From: Raillietiella orientalis
Lineage: Eukaryota
Length of the DNA: 64,000 nucleotides
NCBI GenBank assembly: GCA_036172245.1
Contig: JAYWIR010000035.1
Location: forward strand, 868,001 to 932,000
Direction of reading: 5' to 3'
The notes under the pieces were generated by a model. It ran no database searches and was not told the DNA's origin. It saw nothing but the letters and a program-made list of their open reading frames with translations. The position numbers and the translations under genes are program-made. This document shows positions 38,500 to 51,809 of this stretch, in pieces (the stretch's first letter is position 1; each line of letters starts with the position of its first letter).

Positions 38500-41400
38500 C
38501 CGCATCCTCCGGAGATGTGGCCTCGGCGCAGGCGACTTTCCCTTTCGCGCCGCCATTACTCATCCGCCTGACACGTCAAGAGAAACGGGTCGCCTGCGCC
38601 TGCCTGCCTGCCCCCCAGCCCGGCGCGAGAGCCGCCGTCCGATCGGCAGCGGCGGCGGCAGCGGACCGTCTGTTGGGAGACGACAGTCCTCCCTCCCCCG
38701 CTGGTCCCCCACTGAGCCCTTCCCAAGAAGGAGGTGCTTCAAGCCTTCTCTTCCTCCCTTCCCCTCCTCTCGGGTCTCCTGCCTGCCAGGCGGCTGCTGC
38801 GAGATCGTCTCCCTCTCCCCACCTTCATCTGACCCCAGCGTGCGCGTTTGCGCCTGCGTTTCGCTCCTTCCTCACCGAGGCTTCCTGCCCTTTCCGAGCT
38901 GGCCCTTGTGGAGCGTGCGAGAGGCCCGCCAGCCGATGCGTCGGGGTCGAGGACACCGCGCTCTTTGTGCATGCACAGAAACTTCTCCCCTTCCTCCTCT
39001 CGTTAGGGGAAGGTGGTACGGGAGCCAGCAGGAGGGTCGGGTGCGTGTTGCGATGCCCCCGCTAAGCTACAGAGAGAACCCGGAAGATTCCCATCTCGAC
39101 TTTTTCCGGTTACCCCTTTCCCGGAGATGAGGCTTACGCGAGCCAGCACCCTTCCGCCGATTTCCCTTCCTCCGAGCTTCGCAAGCTTGTGGTTGATCCC
39201 ACAGGGAAGAAGAGTCCTCATAGAACGGAGCTCAGTCTCAACTGAGGAACTCGAAGAGGTACTCATCGACAAAAGAGTTCGAGGGGACTCACCTGTTTCT
39301 CCGAGCAACTGAGGCGGCTGTCTCGCAGCTGCTCTTTTGGAGGCCTCCGTGCTCTCCTCTTGTCCTCATCTGGAAGACGAGACCCTTGCCGGAGACGTGA
39401 GGCGAACAAAATGCCCTCTGTGCCATGGCGAAGAGTAGAGGGGAGCATGCTCCTCTGGAGAACCTTCTGTGGCACCTCGGAGGACATCCTGCCGGCGCCT
39501 CCAGAGGCTTTTTGCGCACTTGTGCACCGGAAGAAGCGTCCTTGAATCGGCGGTGGCAACTCTCTCTCCTCTTCCCCCTCTTCACCCCCCCAATCCCCAC
39601 ATCCTCTCCTTTTTTTTTTTTTTTCCTTTGTGTTGTCTTTTCGCTCTAGAAGACCTTATCAAGAAACTGTGCGCCGATCCCAAGACTCCGAAGAACTGGT
39701 CCAGGGGGCAATGACCCTACCCAGGCATCCTCTTGCAAGTTACAGAACGGAAGAAGAAAAGTTTCAATTCTCACCATGGGTCGCTGGCCCTCCTCTCTCG
39801 CGAGGAAGAGGAGTGGGGTGCTCGTAATCCGTGGAAACGCCCCAGCGCCGCAGGAGAGAAGAGGAGGTGAAAGAGGCAGGCAGGCAATCGGCTGAGCGAT
39901 TCGGGAGCAGGAAGTGAGCGACTCGGGGTACCAAGAGGGAAAGATACGGCGTCAAAAGCAGGTCGTGGGACCCAAGTAGATCTCCGGAGGTCGAAGACAA
40001 TGACCTCCGGAGATCCCGATCCCGATATCCGGAGATTCCCGAGCTAGAAGGAGCTACCTTTTTCCAGCTGAACTCCCATTCACTGCCCAAAGTCTCCTCG
40101 CCCTCATCTCCTTAGTTCAGCTTCCCAGGGACGTGAACCCAGCCTGAGTCTACCCTCCGGGTCATCCAGATTCCTATTCTAAAGAATCCCTTCAGCTTAT
40201 TACCGGATCCGAGCAGCGGGGGGAGGGGATGGAGGGTAGTGCTGAGGATTACTGCCTTCCGAGAAGTGGGGCGCTCTCACTCTGCTCCACCCACGGATAG
40301 GTGAGAGGAAAATGGTAAGGAGAAAAAGAACAAACGATGCCTCTTGGACCAAGCAGCTGGCCTGGAGAAACCATCATCATTCCCTTTTTCCTCCTCCGAG
40401 GGAAGCAACTCCTGAGTGATTGCCCTCGGAGGTCCTGGTTCTTCGTTGCCTTGAAACTTTTCGAATCCAGCTGGTTCAAAAGCGTTCAAGAAAAAGGTCG
40501 CAGAAGCCGAAATGGTGTGAAAGCCGAAGGGTCTCCCCCCTACCTACTAATTCCTGCTGAGTTCCGCCCCACTCCCACTCGGATGATCCCTTTCGCTTCA
40601 CGGAAGAGTCAGCCGCTTTCTTCGGAAAGCTTCGACCCAGGAAACTCGCCTCCACCACACCACCTCCTTCGAATCCTTTCGAGGTTTGACGGCCCACTGA
40701 ATGCGACCGCTGTTCTTCTCCGAAGTGCGGACGGAAGGAGGGAGGGAAACAGGAGGAAGTGAGCGGGGGCGGAGGGGCAGGAGTCAGATCCGAAGAACCC
40801 AGCCCAGGCTGCTGAAGCCGAGCCACTCGGCTGCCTCTGGAGCTGCTTCCGGACTAGCCGAAGGAAACCGGAAGAAAGAGAAGTCCTAGTGAAGAAAGGG
40901 GGAGCAACCACATTCCCATTTTGACGATCCTTCAGTTTTTCCTTCTGGAAAGCCCTTTAAGGAAAATCGAAAAATTCCCGAGTTTCCAGAAAATGTCCGC
41001 CAAGCTCTGGAGCTGCCCTTTATGATGGCTTTCGTTCCTATCCCAGGATCCTTCCTCCATCTCTCTCTTGTGGAGCCACCGTCCGCAGGTAAAAATGATG
41101 TGGGCGGCTGTCCGAAAGACAGGGCTTCTCGCATCCGGCTAGGCACAGAGGATGCTGCGGAAGATCTCGAGCAGTGAGAGCTGGCGGGGAGGGGTGAAGG
41201 CAGGGCTGAGCCAAAGTTGCAAAACCGTCAGTCCGTCTCTGCCTTGTTACGCCAAGGTCCCCGCTGTGGACACAACAGAGTGTCTCACTCGGAAGAGTGT
41301 TCTCTTTCAAGTGAGCGTTGGGAACCCCATTGGATGGTCTGAGAAGCCCTCCCGCGAACGGAAACCCGGAGATTCATTTGGACTGATTCCAGAGGACCGA

Positions 41401-42561
41401 AAGAGAAGATTCACCACTGTCACCCTCATCTGCCGAAGCTTCGGCTCTGACCTCTGTTTTCCTATGAGGAAGCTTTCCAGTGCAATTCATCATGTCCTTG
41501 GAGATAAACACGAATTCTTCTGCACCTTCTTGGGTCCCTGAAGACAAAGCATCTCCTGTTCTGAGATCAAGCCACTGCTGGGGCTCGGCCCTCGAAAGGG
41601 GTATTTTGCTCGGCCTGGAACATCCCTTTTGAGGGCCGGGAGCAGACCCCTGGAAGATCCCCAGCTCTGGTTAGTACCCCATCCGACGGTCCCGGCCGTC
41701 CCCAAGGAAGCTCCCTGCTCCAAGGTGCAACAACGAGCCCTTTCGATCAAAGTCGCCCTCGTCTCAACTTTTCGGAAGGACAAAATTGAACCTATGCTGT
41801 CTCTGGAACGTGTGCTCCGGAAAGTCCTCCGGAATCCATCGGCTGCTGATCGTCCTTATTCTCCACAAGTGCTCAGCAGGAGTTCCCCAAACCACGCGTG
41901 AAGGCCGAAGGAAAACTTGGCAAATTGCGCAGTGCTTCCTAAGGAGACGAAAAGAAAAAAAAGTTGACGGCTTGCAAAGCTGCTAAAAATGATCCAAGGT
42001 CGTTGCTTGTTTTTTCTTCTTGTCTGAAGAATCAGTTTCCTTGTTGCGAGCCTGAGGAATCCCACAACAAAGAAAGGAACAGCGAAATGATTCACGAAGA
42101 AGCGATCGGGTCCAGCATCCGCGACTCTCAGGTGGTGCAACCCGACGGTACCTGTTGCTGCCAGCCGATCCGGCAGGAAGTGAATGACCAAGGTTCAGTT
42201 TACAGAGATCAGCGAGCTTTTTTTGGATCCCTTTAAACAAAACAAGTGAGGGGAAGGGGGAGTGGATGGGCGCCATCTTCATTCCGCACAGACGAAGGGG
42301 CTACGGGACGGCCTCTTCAAAAAAGGGAGCGAGCGATCACGGCGGCGAGGAGGAATCTCGGACACGGTTCGGACTTCCCGAAAGAACATGCAAAAGAGGG
42401 ATCCTGAGGCGGGAAAAGGGATACAATATTCGGTGACAAAGAGAAGAATAAATGGAGAGGGCGTGGCTTTCGAACTCGTGAACGACGACTCCATCGTGTC
42501 ACCTGTCCCCTTCCACTTGACCAGGTGGCTGCTAAGGGCCGAGGCACTACCAGTGGCTGCT

Positions 42562-42703
42562 ATGGCGTCTCATGTTTAAATTTTTGCACTATGTGCACCT
42601 CATGTCTTTATAAAACTTCTGGATTTTTCCCTATACAAGCTGAAACGCGCTTATAAGTCGTTTAAGACAGTATAGAAAGTCGAATAGACAAGGGAGAATT
42701 TGA
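42562..42703. repeat. Wolbachia-type intergenic/palindromic repeat fragment
   Basis: tttgcactatgtgcacc...tatacaagctgaaacgcgcttataa...tttaagacagtatag matches my recollection of Wolbachia dispersed repeats (not verified by search). Confidence 0.6.
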
Positions 42704-42705
42704 AT

Positions 42706-42810
42706 CTAAGTGGAACAATTGATGGAGAGCCAATATTAGGACGGCTAGATAGGCTGTGTATAACGCAAGATAAAGCAATCATAATTGATTATAAATCACA
42801 CCGTAACGTT
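42706..42810 (+). pseudogene. addA: Fragment of the AddA/RecB-family C-terminal PD-(D/E)XK nuclease domain
   Basis: Hand translation (absent from the ORF track): LSGTIDGEPILGRLDRLCITQDKAIIIDYKSHRNV, i.e. G.lDrl...IIDYK. Confidence 0.8.
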
Positions 42811-42811
42811 T

Positions 42812-42985
42812 TCAACAACACTCTTAATAATACTAGGAGCAGCATTTATTACTGAGCAATTTCGTTTATCAATGGCACTGGGCGCGTTCGTTGCTGGGTT
42901 ATTAGTCGCAGAGACGGAACACAGGCACTCGGTGGAACACGCGGCGTTGCCATTCAAAGATTTATTTCTCGGCTTATTTTTCATG
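42812..42985 (+). pseudogene. kefB: Fragment of a CPA2/KefB-KefC family cation:proton antiporter
   Basis: STTLLIILGAAFITEQFRLSMALGAFVAGLLVAETEHRHSVEHAALPFKDLFLGLFFM contains the LSMALGAF.AG..AE and PFK.L.LGLFF signatures. Confidence 0.9.
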
Positions 42986-45900
42986 GCTGCTGAGCACTTT
43001 CATGTTTGTTGCACCAATCCCACTCCCAACGTAAAGAGAAGAAAGACGATCATTTGACCGGGGATTTACCTGCTCAAATACTTAATTTTGATGGTGGTTA
43101 CGTCAACACGAGTGTAGAGTCAGTGATAGGAAATTCTCCTCCGCTCCGCTCTCCTATGCTCCCCTCAGGTCTGCAGTCAACCCAGGCTGCAGGTAGGACA
43201 TTTTCCCTCTAGAGCGATGCTCGCATTCTTCCCCCCCCCCCCTCCTCGCCCTTACCCTGCGGTTCCTGAGTTCACCTCGCCGGTACCTGCAAGGAAAACG
43301 CAGGTGCCGTCCCCAGGGATGAGACTGAAAGCAGAGAGGGCCATGTTTTGCCTCTGCAGGTCGGCAGTGTGCACGCAGCGCCGGCTGCTGCCCAGACCAG
43401 ATGGAAAGCCGGCGCCGAGGACTTGCAGAAAAGAACGGAAGCGGAGTTTTTTTTTTCTTGTGACCGGTTGCGGGCGCATAGTCGCCGCTGTCCACACCCT
43501 CGACAACGAAGGGTGAGTGAGGTTTCCTCGAAACCTGGCAGGGTATGACGTTCGAAAAGGTCCCTCCTACCGGCTCCATTCTTTTCGGTAACCTTCAGTC
43601 CCTGCGGAGGTGAGAGGAACGAGAAAGCAGGGAAGGAGAAACCCTGGCACGCGATGGGAGAGGGGGAGTCAGCGCCTCCTGCTTTGAAAAGTGTGGGCGA
43701 AGAGGAGGAGGGGAAGGCCTCCCGGATCGGGAAAATGGCGTGAGGAGTGCAGACTTGGCTGGTGCTCCTGAGTCACCAGCCAGATCTGCTAGCAGTGGTC
43801 TTCAGCTCGTAACCAGTCGTTCTTCCGCTCAGAGAACCTTTTCGCTTCCTCCCCCTTTCCCCACCCCACCCCTCCTGAAATCTCTGAAATTGCCAGACGA
43901 CTGCCGAGAAGGAAAGCGATCGAAGCAACAGGAAGATCAACAACAGCAGGGGAGAAAGGGGGTGGAAGGAAACAAGAAAAGAAAAACAAAAAAGGAAAAA
44001 AGGAGTCCCTTGATCTCGGCAAGAAGACAGCATTCGAGAGAGCAGCGTTTTCTGAGTCTCCATGAATCTGGAAGGACATGAGGTTTTTGGAGGTCCACCC
44101 TCAAGGTTGGACGGTAGCCATTAATCTTAAAGCCCACCTTAAATCTCGAATCTCCGAAAATCTAAAAAAACGTTCAAGAGCATTTATGACCACAAGCACG
44201 CAGGTGCAGGTCCACGAGGAACAGCAGGGACGGATGGAAGATGAATGTGCGCGCGCGCACACCAGATGGGCGCACGCTCTTCCGTCCCTCAGGAGGCCCA
44301 GCGTCGCATCCCTGGACCACGAAGAAAAAAAAAAGAAACCCTTCCAGCGGATGTTTGCTGAGCACGGGCCGTCCAACCTCCAGATTCCGTTCCCGAAACG
44401 CTCTCATATGCGTTCTTTCGCGATACCTCCTTCGCCTCCAGTAGGTCACTCCACGATCACCAGGAACGGCCGAAGTTGCGCCTCGCCCTCTCCCTGCCGG
44501 TCAGTGCTCGGTGCTAGGAAAGGCGGCGCCCCTTCTCGAAAGAAGGCATCTCCTTCGTCCTCGCTTTGGAACGAACCACGGAGGAGTCGCCCCCCTCCTC
44601 ACGAAGCATCCGCGCGCGCAAGGAGGATAGAGGAGATTGTTCAATCGCGGATCTCGACGTGGTGAGCTTCTCTTTCCGGGTCCAGCAAAGAGTCCTCCGC
44701 AGCAGCCACAGCCTGCCGAGAGCTCACTCCCAGCATCCCTGCGCATATCAGTGCGTCGGACGCGCTTCCTTGTCTCCCTCCGCTCAGCATCAGCACGAGA
44801 CGGACTAGGACGATGCATCTTTCCCTCCATCCTCTCGGATGTCTGTCCGTCCCTTTCGCCAAGGCACACCGGAAGGGGATCCTGGAGCTTTGGCAGGGAA
44901 CCCAGAAGAATGCCAACCCGAAACCTTCCAGTGCGGCCAGCTCCCTTCGCGGCTTTGTCCTGCATTCCCGACAACCTCCTCATGGTGGAGGATGAGGTTC
45001 CCCTCCCCTTCCTCCCCCCCCTTTTCTCCCGGACTGCCTGGAGAAACGCGCTTCCACCGGACTCAGGGGAGGGCGCCATCGAGAACCACCCTTTGCGTCC
45101 CGAGGCAGTCCGGGAGGGGGCCAAACTCACGAAGTCCGAAAAGTCCGATTCGTGGACGCAGCGCAGCCTTCTCCAGAGACGTTGCGTTGCCGCGAAACCA
45201 AGGACGCACTTCGCGCTAGTGAGGCAGCAATCTGAAAAGAGGTTGCTCCTTCTTCGGTAGCTTCTTTCGGGCGTTGAACTGCGAACCGATTAACTCACCC
45301 TCCGACCTCACAATGCGGTATCGGGCCAAAAGTGGCACGTTGTTTCGTCTGACCGCACCTGTGCTGAACGGATAGGATGATCCACCGGAGAAACAAGAAG
45401 GAGGACGAGATGGACAGGAAAAAAAAAAATCCGAACGGAAGGTAATAAATTGAAGGCTCGTGAAAAACCTCTTTGGGCATCTCCTACGCCACGGACTTGT
45501 CCCTATGGCGAAGGGGTAGACAGCAGCACCTCGAAAGGAAACTTTTCAATTCGCGACGTCGGTGTACTGAAAGAGGGACCGAAAGATCGTCTGCAACCAA
45601 AAAGGCGGCGCTGCACGTTGATGAATGCGGTTTTTTTGTTCAATAAGAGAGAAAAAGTCCATCTTTGAAGAAAGTCTTCTGCTCCCCCCCACCTCCTCCA
45701 CAACCACAACGAATGGGCACATGCACACACTCGAAAAATGGAAAATCTTTGCAGTGTAAAATTCGCGGGACAGCCACGATTGCTCCGAAACGGACTCCTA
45801 TGTTCCGATCCATGGAAACCCGCTACTGTGTCTAAAGCAGGACAAAGGCAAGATGAAAGGTTCATTTTGTGGGAAAACGTGACCGTGCACATATATCCAT

Positions 45901-47149
45901 ACGTGGATTCAGAGGAGTACAAGAAACGAGCAAGCAATGTATTTCTCTCTGGGGTGAAATTTGGAGCAAGTGACCTTCTCGAGAGGTTGGGCTGTTACTT
46001 TCCATCGTAAAGATATGCACGAGTCGGATGCCTGGATGGAAGGAAACATCGCTTTCGGGGAAAGAAAGTTTTCGGAACCTGGACTCAATCAAGTTCTCAT
46101 GTTTCAGATCAGCTATAACTCCAATTGGATGTAGGAAACAGTCCTTAAGAAGACCGGAATATCTGACCGCTTAAGGCGCTCTCGCACGCGACGCGACTCT
46201 CCCGCCATCTAGGAGTGAAACTCACAACTGACAAATTTGTTGCGTCCGCCTTTTCTGGTTATTTTTCCAGTCTACATTCGAAAGAATGGGAAATCTCTAG
46301 AGTTTAAGCGATTTTCACGTCCCCAATTTCGTGGTGTACAACTGAAGAAAAAAAGAAGAAAAGGAAAACATTCTGCTTCTTGGATCCAGTATGAAATGGG
46401 AACCAAAACTGTGCGGTCTCATTTTCGAAAAGGAAATGGAATTTTCGCTGACCTGAATTTGACTTCAAGCAGGTGCGCGCGAGTAATAGGGTCCCCCATT
46501 TACATAATGCTGATAACGTTGATCCGAAAAAATTTTCATTGACTTCTGAGAGAGTGTGATTCGCTCCTTACAGTAAACCGCAGGTTCCCATGCCAACCGT
46601 GCGCTTGCGAGGTGGCTTACACGGAGCCGTCACCGAAAATTCAGATTCAGAGGTGCCATATGCAACTCTTGGGATTTTTTTTCGTTTTCATTCTCTCTTC
46701 CCCTTCCCTGCAACGGAGAAACAGCAGTCTTCTGTAAGGGCCACACTCTTTGGCAGTCTTGCTTATCGATTCATTAAGGTCATGCCTTCGACGAAAAAAG
46801 AATCACGAACTGATACTTTGTTTATTCGTCGTGGTCTCAGAGGTGGGAGCACCCACCGTAGTTTTCAACCAACAAAACAGCTGCATCACGCTGCAGAACT
46901 TCACGAAGGCAAGCAAAAAAACAGAAAAACAAAAATAAAGTACAAAAAAGTGGAAAAAAACATACACAAAGAAGCAGTGTGGATGAAAGCAAAAGCAGCA
47001 AAGATGGTGTCAGCAGAAAGAAACGAGTTTGTTCCGTATCCACCTCTGTTGAGGCAGGAAGTGGCTCTCGCGCCGATACATGGCTTTCCCCTTACTATCA
47101 AAATTTCCGTTTTCGTTTTCGGTTCGTGCCCATGAAGGCTGGCTCTGTA

Positions 47150-47950
47150 GGGCATGCACTTTGAGGTCCCGGTTCGGTATCGATCCGCAGGGATCCTCCA
47201 TCACGAAGGCCGTCCCGAAGCAGCGACCCGAAGGGACACGGTCTCCCGCCGCTTGCTGACCATTCGAGACTGCTTTTTTCCCGGTCCTTCGATTAGCCCA
47301 ACGAATTTCCTTTTCCTCCTTCTTCACATCACCTTCACTGCCATCAGCAGCACCATCCATTCCTCCTCCTCCTCCTTCTCCAACGCCGCTGAAGTCGCCG
47401 CCGCAACGAAGCACGAAAGGCCTCCAGCTGTTCCGAGACCTCGCCTTCCTCGGAGGAGGAATCATTGCCGACGCTAGGTCAAGTCGTGCGGCTTCACGCC
47501 CTCCCTCTCGCAGCCCAGGAAGCCCCTGATGCGATTGTGCCCTCCTTCTCCTTCCCCTTCTCTTGAACGCGCGCGATCGCTCGACGAGTGCCTGTTTCGC
47601 TCCGTTCACTTGGAGCCCTCGCGACCCGAACCCAACGCTTCCGGAGGTTCCACGCCTGGCTCCACGCGGTGCTCGTCTCCCTACCTGGGAACCCCAGACG
47701 AGGAGATAGGAAGCCACCCGGGAGGTCTCGCTACTGACCTCACCTTCAGAGGGAAGACCAGGGAGGGGGAGAGTCAGAAGCGACTGACTTTGTGCCGTTG
47801 CCATGGAGCCCCCCTTTTCCTCCCTCGTGGAAACCGGTCGTCGACGAGTCTAAACACCTCGTCCGCTGAGAACCATCAGATCCTCGGATCTCCCGGAGCG
47901 TTCAGGGATCTTCGCCACCTCAGCCCCTGCATCACATGCCTGCTCTCGAG
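47150..47950 (-). mobile_element. Decayed non-LTR RT
   Basis: NAPGDP (SPGxDG), GWLPISS (WRPISL), AARLDLASA (LDxxKA) and QAAGDRVPSGRCF (QGxPLSPxLF), in order. Confidence 0.4.
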
Positions 47951-50900
47951 GAAGATTTTCTATGTCTGCGTCCCTGCGGCCCCAGAGGTGGTGCCTTTCG
48001 TCCCATGCCGAAGGATTTAGGCTCATCTTCTCCCCTGCATCCTTACCAGGAGCTCTGTAGCCACGGCGACGGCTAGCCTTTCGGCCTCCAACTGCTCACA
48101 CGCGGGGCGGAACGAGGCGCACCTGCGTCTTGGAATGATCCTCCCCTTGGGCCTAACCAGGCAGCGAGGAATACTCCTGGCAGCCATCAGCGGCCCACCG
48201 AGTCACAGCGCTGCCTTCCCATTCGTGCTCTACCAAGTGGTCGACTGACAGACGGAGACTTCCTCCTCCTCTTCCCCCTGACAACCTCAGTGCCCTTCCT
48301 TCGTCTCTTCGCCTCCCTTCCCGCCTTTCGTTCTGAGCCCGCTGCGACCCAGTGCAGTCGAAGCGGCAGTAGTCAGCAGAAGCCTCAGGGGACTACCGTC
48401 GGGAGCGCGCGCGCGTTCCGAGGTGGCCTTCTGACCTTCACCGGGAGGAGGGGAACGGAGGGAAGCGCTCGCTCACCTTCGAAGCAGCACGAAACACAAG
48501 CCCACAGCGCTCCTCGCTGGAATCTTCCGGCTGGTCCGCTCCCGGAGAGCGTCACGGCCTCCTGGATCCAGCCTCCCGCCCCTGACATCGTCCTCCGGTC
48601 TCCGTGGTTCCCACTAGGTGGGGATCCATCCAGCTTAGGGTCGGGGTCGCGTCCATCTTCTGCAGCACCTCGAGACCCGGCGGTGCTCGTCGTCAGCAGC
48701 GGTCTTCCTCCTATCCGCCTGGGACCTGAGGGGGCGGGACTCCTTCCACTGAGTCTCTAGAGGCGGGCGTGACCTCCAGGAGTTCCCTGGGTCCCTGCTT
48801 CTGCGAGAACTTATCTCTCCTGGCCATCACGGGTCCCTTCCTCCCCCGAGGTTCGGGAAGTCGCGTTCGGGATCCCTCGAAGTGGTCCTCTGGGTGTCCT
48901 CTTATCGTTCGGCTTGCAGAAGCGAAAATGAACTGGGCTCTTAGCTTTGGCAAACAAAGGGCCAGACGAGAGTTCCTCCTGGAAGGCTTGCAGGACCATC
49001 CGGGACGTCATATCGTCTTTTCGTGGTTCCCCGGAATGGGCGCAACTGCTAAGGAAAGCCGCTCCTCTACTCCTGTCGATCGCTCTCGCGAACGGCCGGT
49101 CGTCGGTCAGCTGTATTCTCGCGAAAACGAGAGAGGAATAGGGAGCGCCCGAGGTTCCTCACCCTGCGTCCCTCCCGCTCTACGTTGGCGTTTTCTGGTG
49201 CATGTCGAGAAGAGGATCCTGATCGCCGACCATATCCCCTCCCTTCTAGCGGCGCCGCTGGCAAACTCCCGCCTCACCTCTGGTTGTCGGGAGAGGAGGG
49301 GGAGGGAGGCGAAAGAGCAGGGAGCTGCCTCATCCAACGCTGTTGGGAGCTGGAAGCATCCTTCCTTTGCCTCGTGATCCGAGCTGCGCGCTCGGGTCGC
49401 GAGGACCCAAAACTCACGAGTGAGAAATCCTTGCAGGAGGACTCATGGAAGATTTTCTCCGTCGTCCCAGAGGATCCTTGCAAGAGGGAAAGTGTTATTT
49501 TTTTCTTTTACCCAGAAGTGTTCCCATCCAAGTCTACTGCTTCCCTCTGGCAAGAAGACTTTTTCCTTCAGTCTCATGGTCTTACAGTCATCAGAAGATC
49601 ATTCCTTCTGCAGCAGAGACACAAAGAACATTATTTATTTACATGCTATTCATTGATGTGGAGGCATCGGATGCCAGAACGTAGCCGTAGCGAGTAGACA
49701 TAATCCTTTCCGCTGCTCATCCCTCGCAAGGGTTCGCGTCCCTTAATCTGCCGATAACTTTGATCCCTAGGCTGTCTACCCCGATGAGGTCACAGGAATC
49801 AACGTCGTCTTGCTTGCGAAGGAGATGCACGCGGGAGCAGGGCTGCACCTCAAGATGCTTCACGTCTTCAGTTCTGCAGGCAACCAAACACCTGCTTTCT
49901 GCCGGATCCTGACGTGCACTTGGAATCGGTCCTTTCGTTTTGGGATGCTGGTTCGATTCCGAACATGATGACTATCTCCGAGTTGGGTCTCCGTGCACCG
50001 CCACCACCACAGAGTAGGAGAGCTCCAGTTGCCACTGTTCGTGATGGAATTTCAACCAATAACGGAATAGTGATCCTCTGCTTGTTCCCGTTCGGACGGG
50101 GTGCAAGCGATTTGGGAACTGGTGCTCGGGATTGCAGGCCGTAGTGACAATCCCTATCCATAACTTAATTTCCACTCACCCACGATGTAATTCGTGATCC
50201 GATTTTCATTGCACCTGCAGGTACTTTCACCGAAGCAGTTCGAACGACCCCCTTCTTCAGTATTCAGTGTTTATTTCCGTTTTCCTTTCCTTTCAAATTC
50301 CTTGGAGATGAAAATGCATCGGGATTGCCGTGTTCCAGGCACGAAAGCGCTAGTTGCCTTTCTGGAGAAGCGCTCTTTCTGGGACATGGCAGCGTAATTC
50401 GCTACAGAGAAGTTGGAAAGGTTCGTTAATTTGCAGGGATAGTTTTTTTTTCCTCGAGTCGGGGGAAGAATCTCCAAGGAAACCGATCTCGTTCGTGGCA
50501 ATCCCTTCCTTCGAAACATTGCGCAGCATCTCAAGGGTTGCTCTCGAAGGAACTTACGATATGCAAAATGCTCTCCAAACTTTTCGATTTCTACCAAATC
50601 TCAGTCTACAAAATCAAATGCTGACCAGTTTCGTGTTTCCAACTGTACAGGTGCCACAATGCTACACAAAGAGTAGATGAGATAGCGGTTCTGGCAGAGT
50701 ACAGTTCGTGGTTTCTTGAAACCATGACTCGAGAATCAAAACGCCTAACTTTCTAAAATTTGTCTCCAACAAGCGAACATTCCAGTCAGATGATAAATTG
50801 TTTTTTCGTTGAAACAAAGAAGTCGATCCATCTTTTAGCTTTTTTCCTCCTCTTCGTTCTCTCGTTCCACATGAATCGTGCTCCGAAAGTCGTGCACGTC

Positions 50901-51809
50901 ACATCTTGAATCTTCGGCTCAGATTGAAGGTTCGGGTATTCAGGAAACACAGCAGAATATCGGTACCCCATTTCATCTTTATTCCTGTGTTGTCCACAGC
51001 TATTCGTAGTATCCTGTATGATCCTTGGAAAGTACCAAATGAACAGGATGATGCTTCACTTCTGGAGACTTTCTAGCTCCTGATCCTCGACTCGCAAATC
51101 AGTGGAAGTCGACAGAGATTCCTGAATCATCTGCGGAGGTGCAAAGTTGCCTCCGACGGTCTATCCAAGTTCGTCCTCGAGACCAACCTAAAATTAAATA
51201 CACAGCTTCCTTCTCAGTTCACAGTTGATTTTTCCTCAAATTCTGCTAGCCGATTTGGAGTCCTTTTCAGCTGATACGGGACTTGGAGATCGGGAATGTT
51301 CTTGTAGTCGGCAACATCGTTCTGAGAAGATCGTTTTTCTTAAGCATACCATTTTTTTTTTTTCAGGGCTCACACTGTCATTGAAAGAATTGGTACAAGC
51401 ATCCATTTGCCATCGTTAACTACATGAACGTACTTCCGCTTCCGATTACGGAACATTAAAACAGTTCTCTGCATCTTCTAGCACGGCATCTTTTCTTAGA
51501 TGAGTTTCCGGACTCCTGAAGAAATTCCGTGAATAGGTTGATATTCAAGATTTTCAGGTTTTTCTCTCTTCTTGGGTAGCTTTGATGTGAACTGGTCCTC
51601 ATCTCTTAGAATATGGGGACCAGACTTGGATCCTCTCTCGAAGATTTGTTTCATTTCTGCTCTTTCGTGTTGTCCCCGTCGCATTCACAGCTATCGGAAA
51701 ACTCGGAGCGCGTGCTGCAAAAACAAACCAAACGAAATGGAGCCGGCCGTCGCAGAGCTGGAGACGGAATGCATAGCCTGCTCTCCGAAGAGTAATCGCC
51801 TATCTCCAA

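Larger units (their letters stand above)
42554..42991 (+). other. Mosaic nuclear insertion of Wolbachia-like DNA (nuwt) flanked by TGGCTGCT direct repeats
   Basis: Abrupt AT-rich block containing two unrelated bacterial protein fragments and a Wolbachia-type repeat; tggctgct at 42554-42561 and 42984-42991. Confidence 0.85.

Noticed and set aside
42785..43057. Intact 90-aa antiporter gene
   Set aside because: Only 42812-42985 is KefB-like; the start is out-of-frame addA DNA and the end is host sequence.
44204..45449. Plus-strand spliced gene (exon 44204-44661, AATAAA near 45444)
   Set aside because: One plausible exon, but I found no in-phase acceptor to the downstream long frame; left unresolved.
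49945..49962. GGTTCGATTCC B-box
   Set aside because: No A-box or acceptor stem found.
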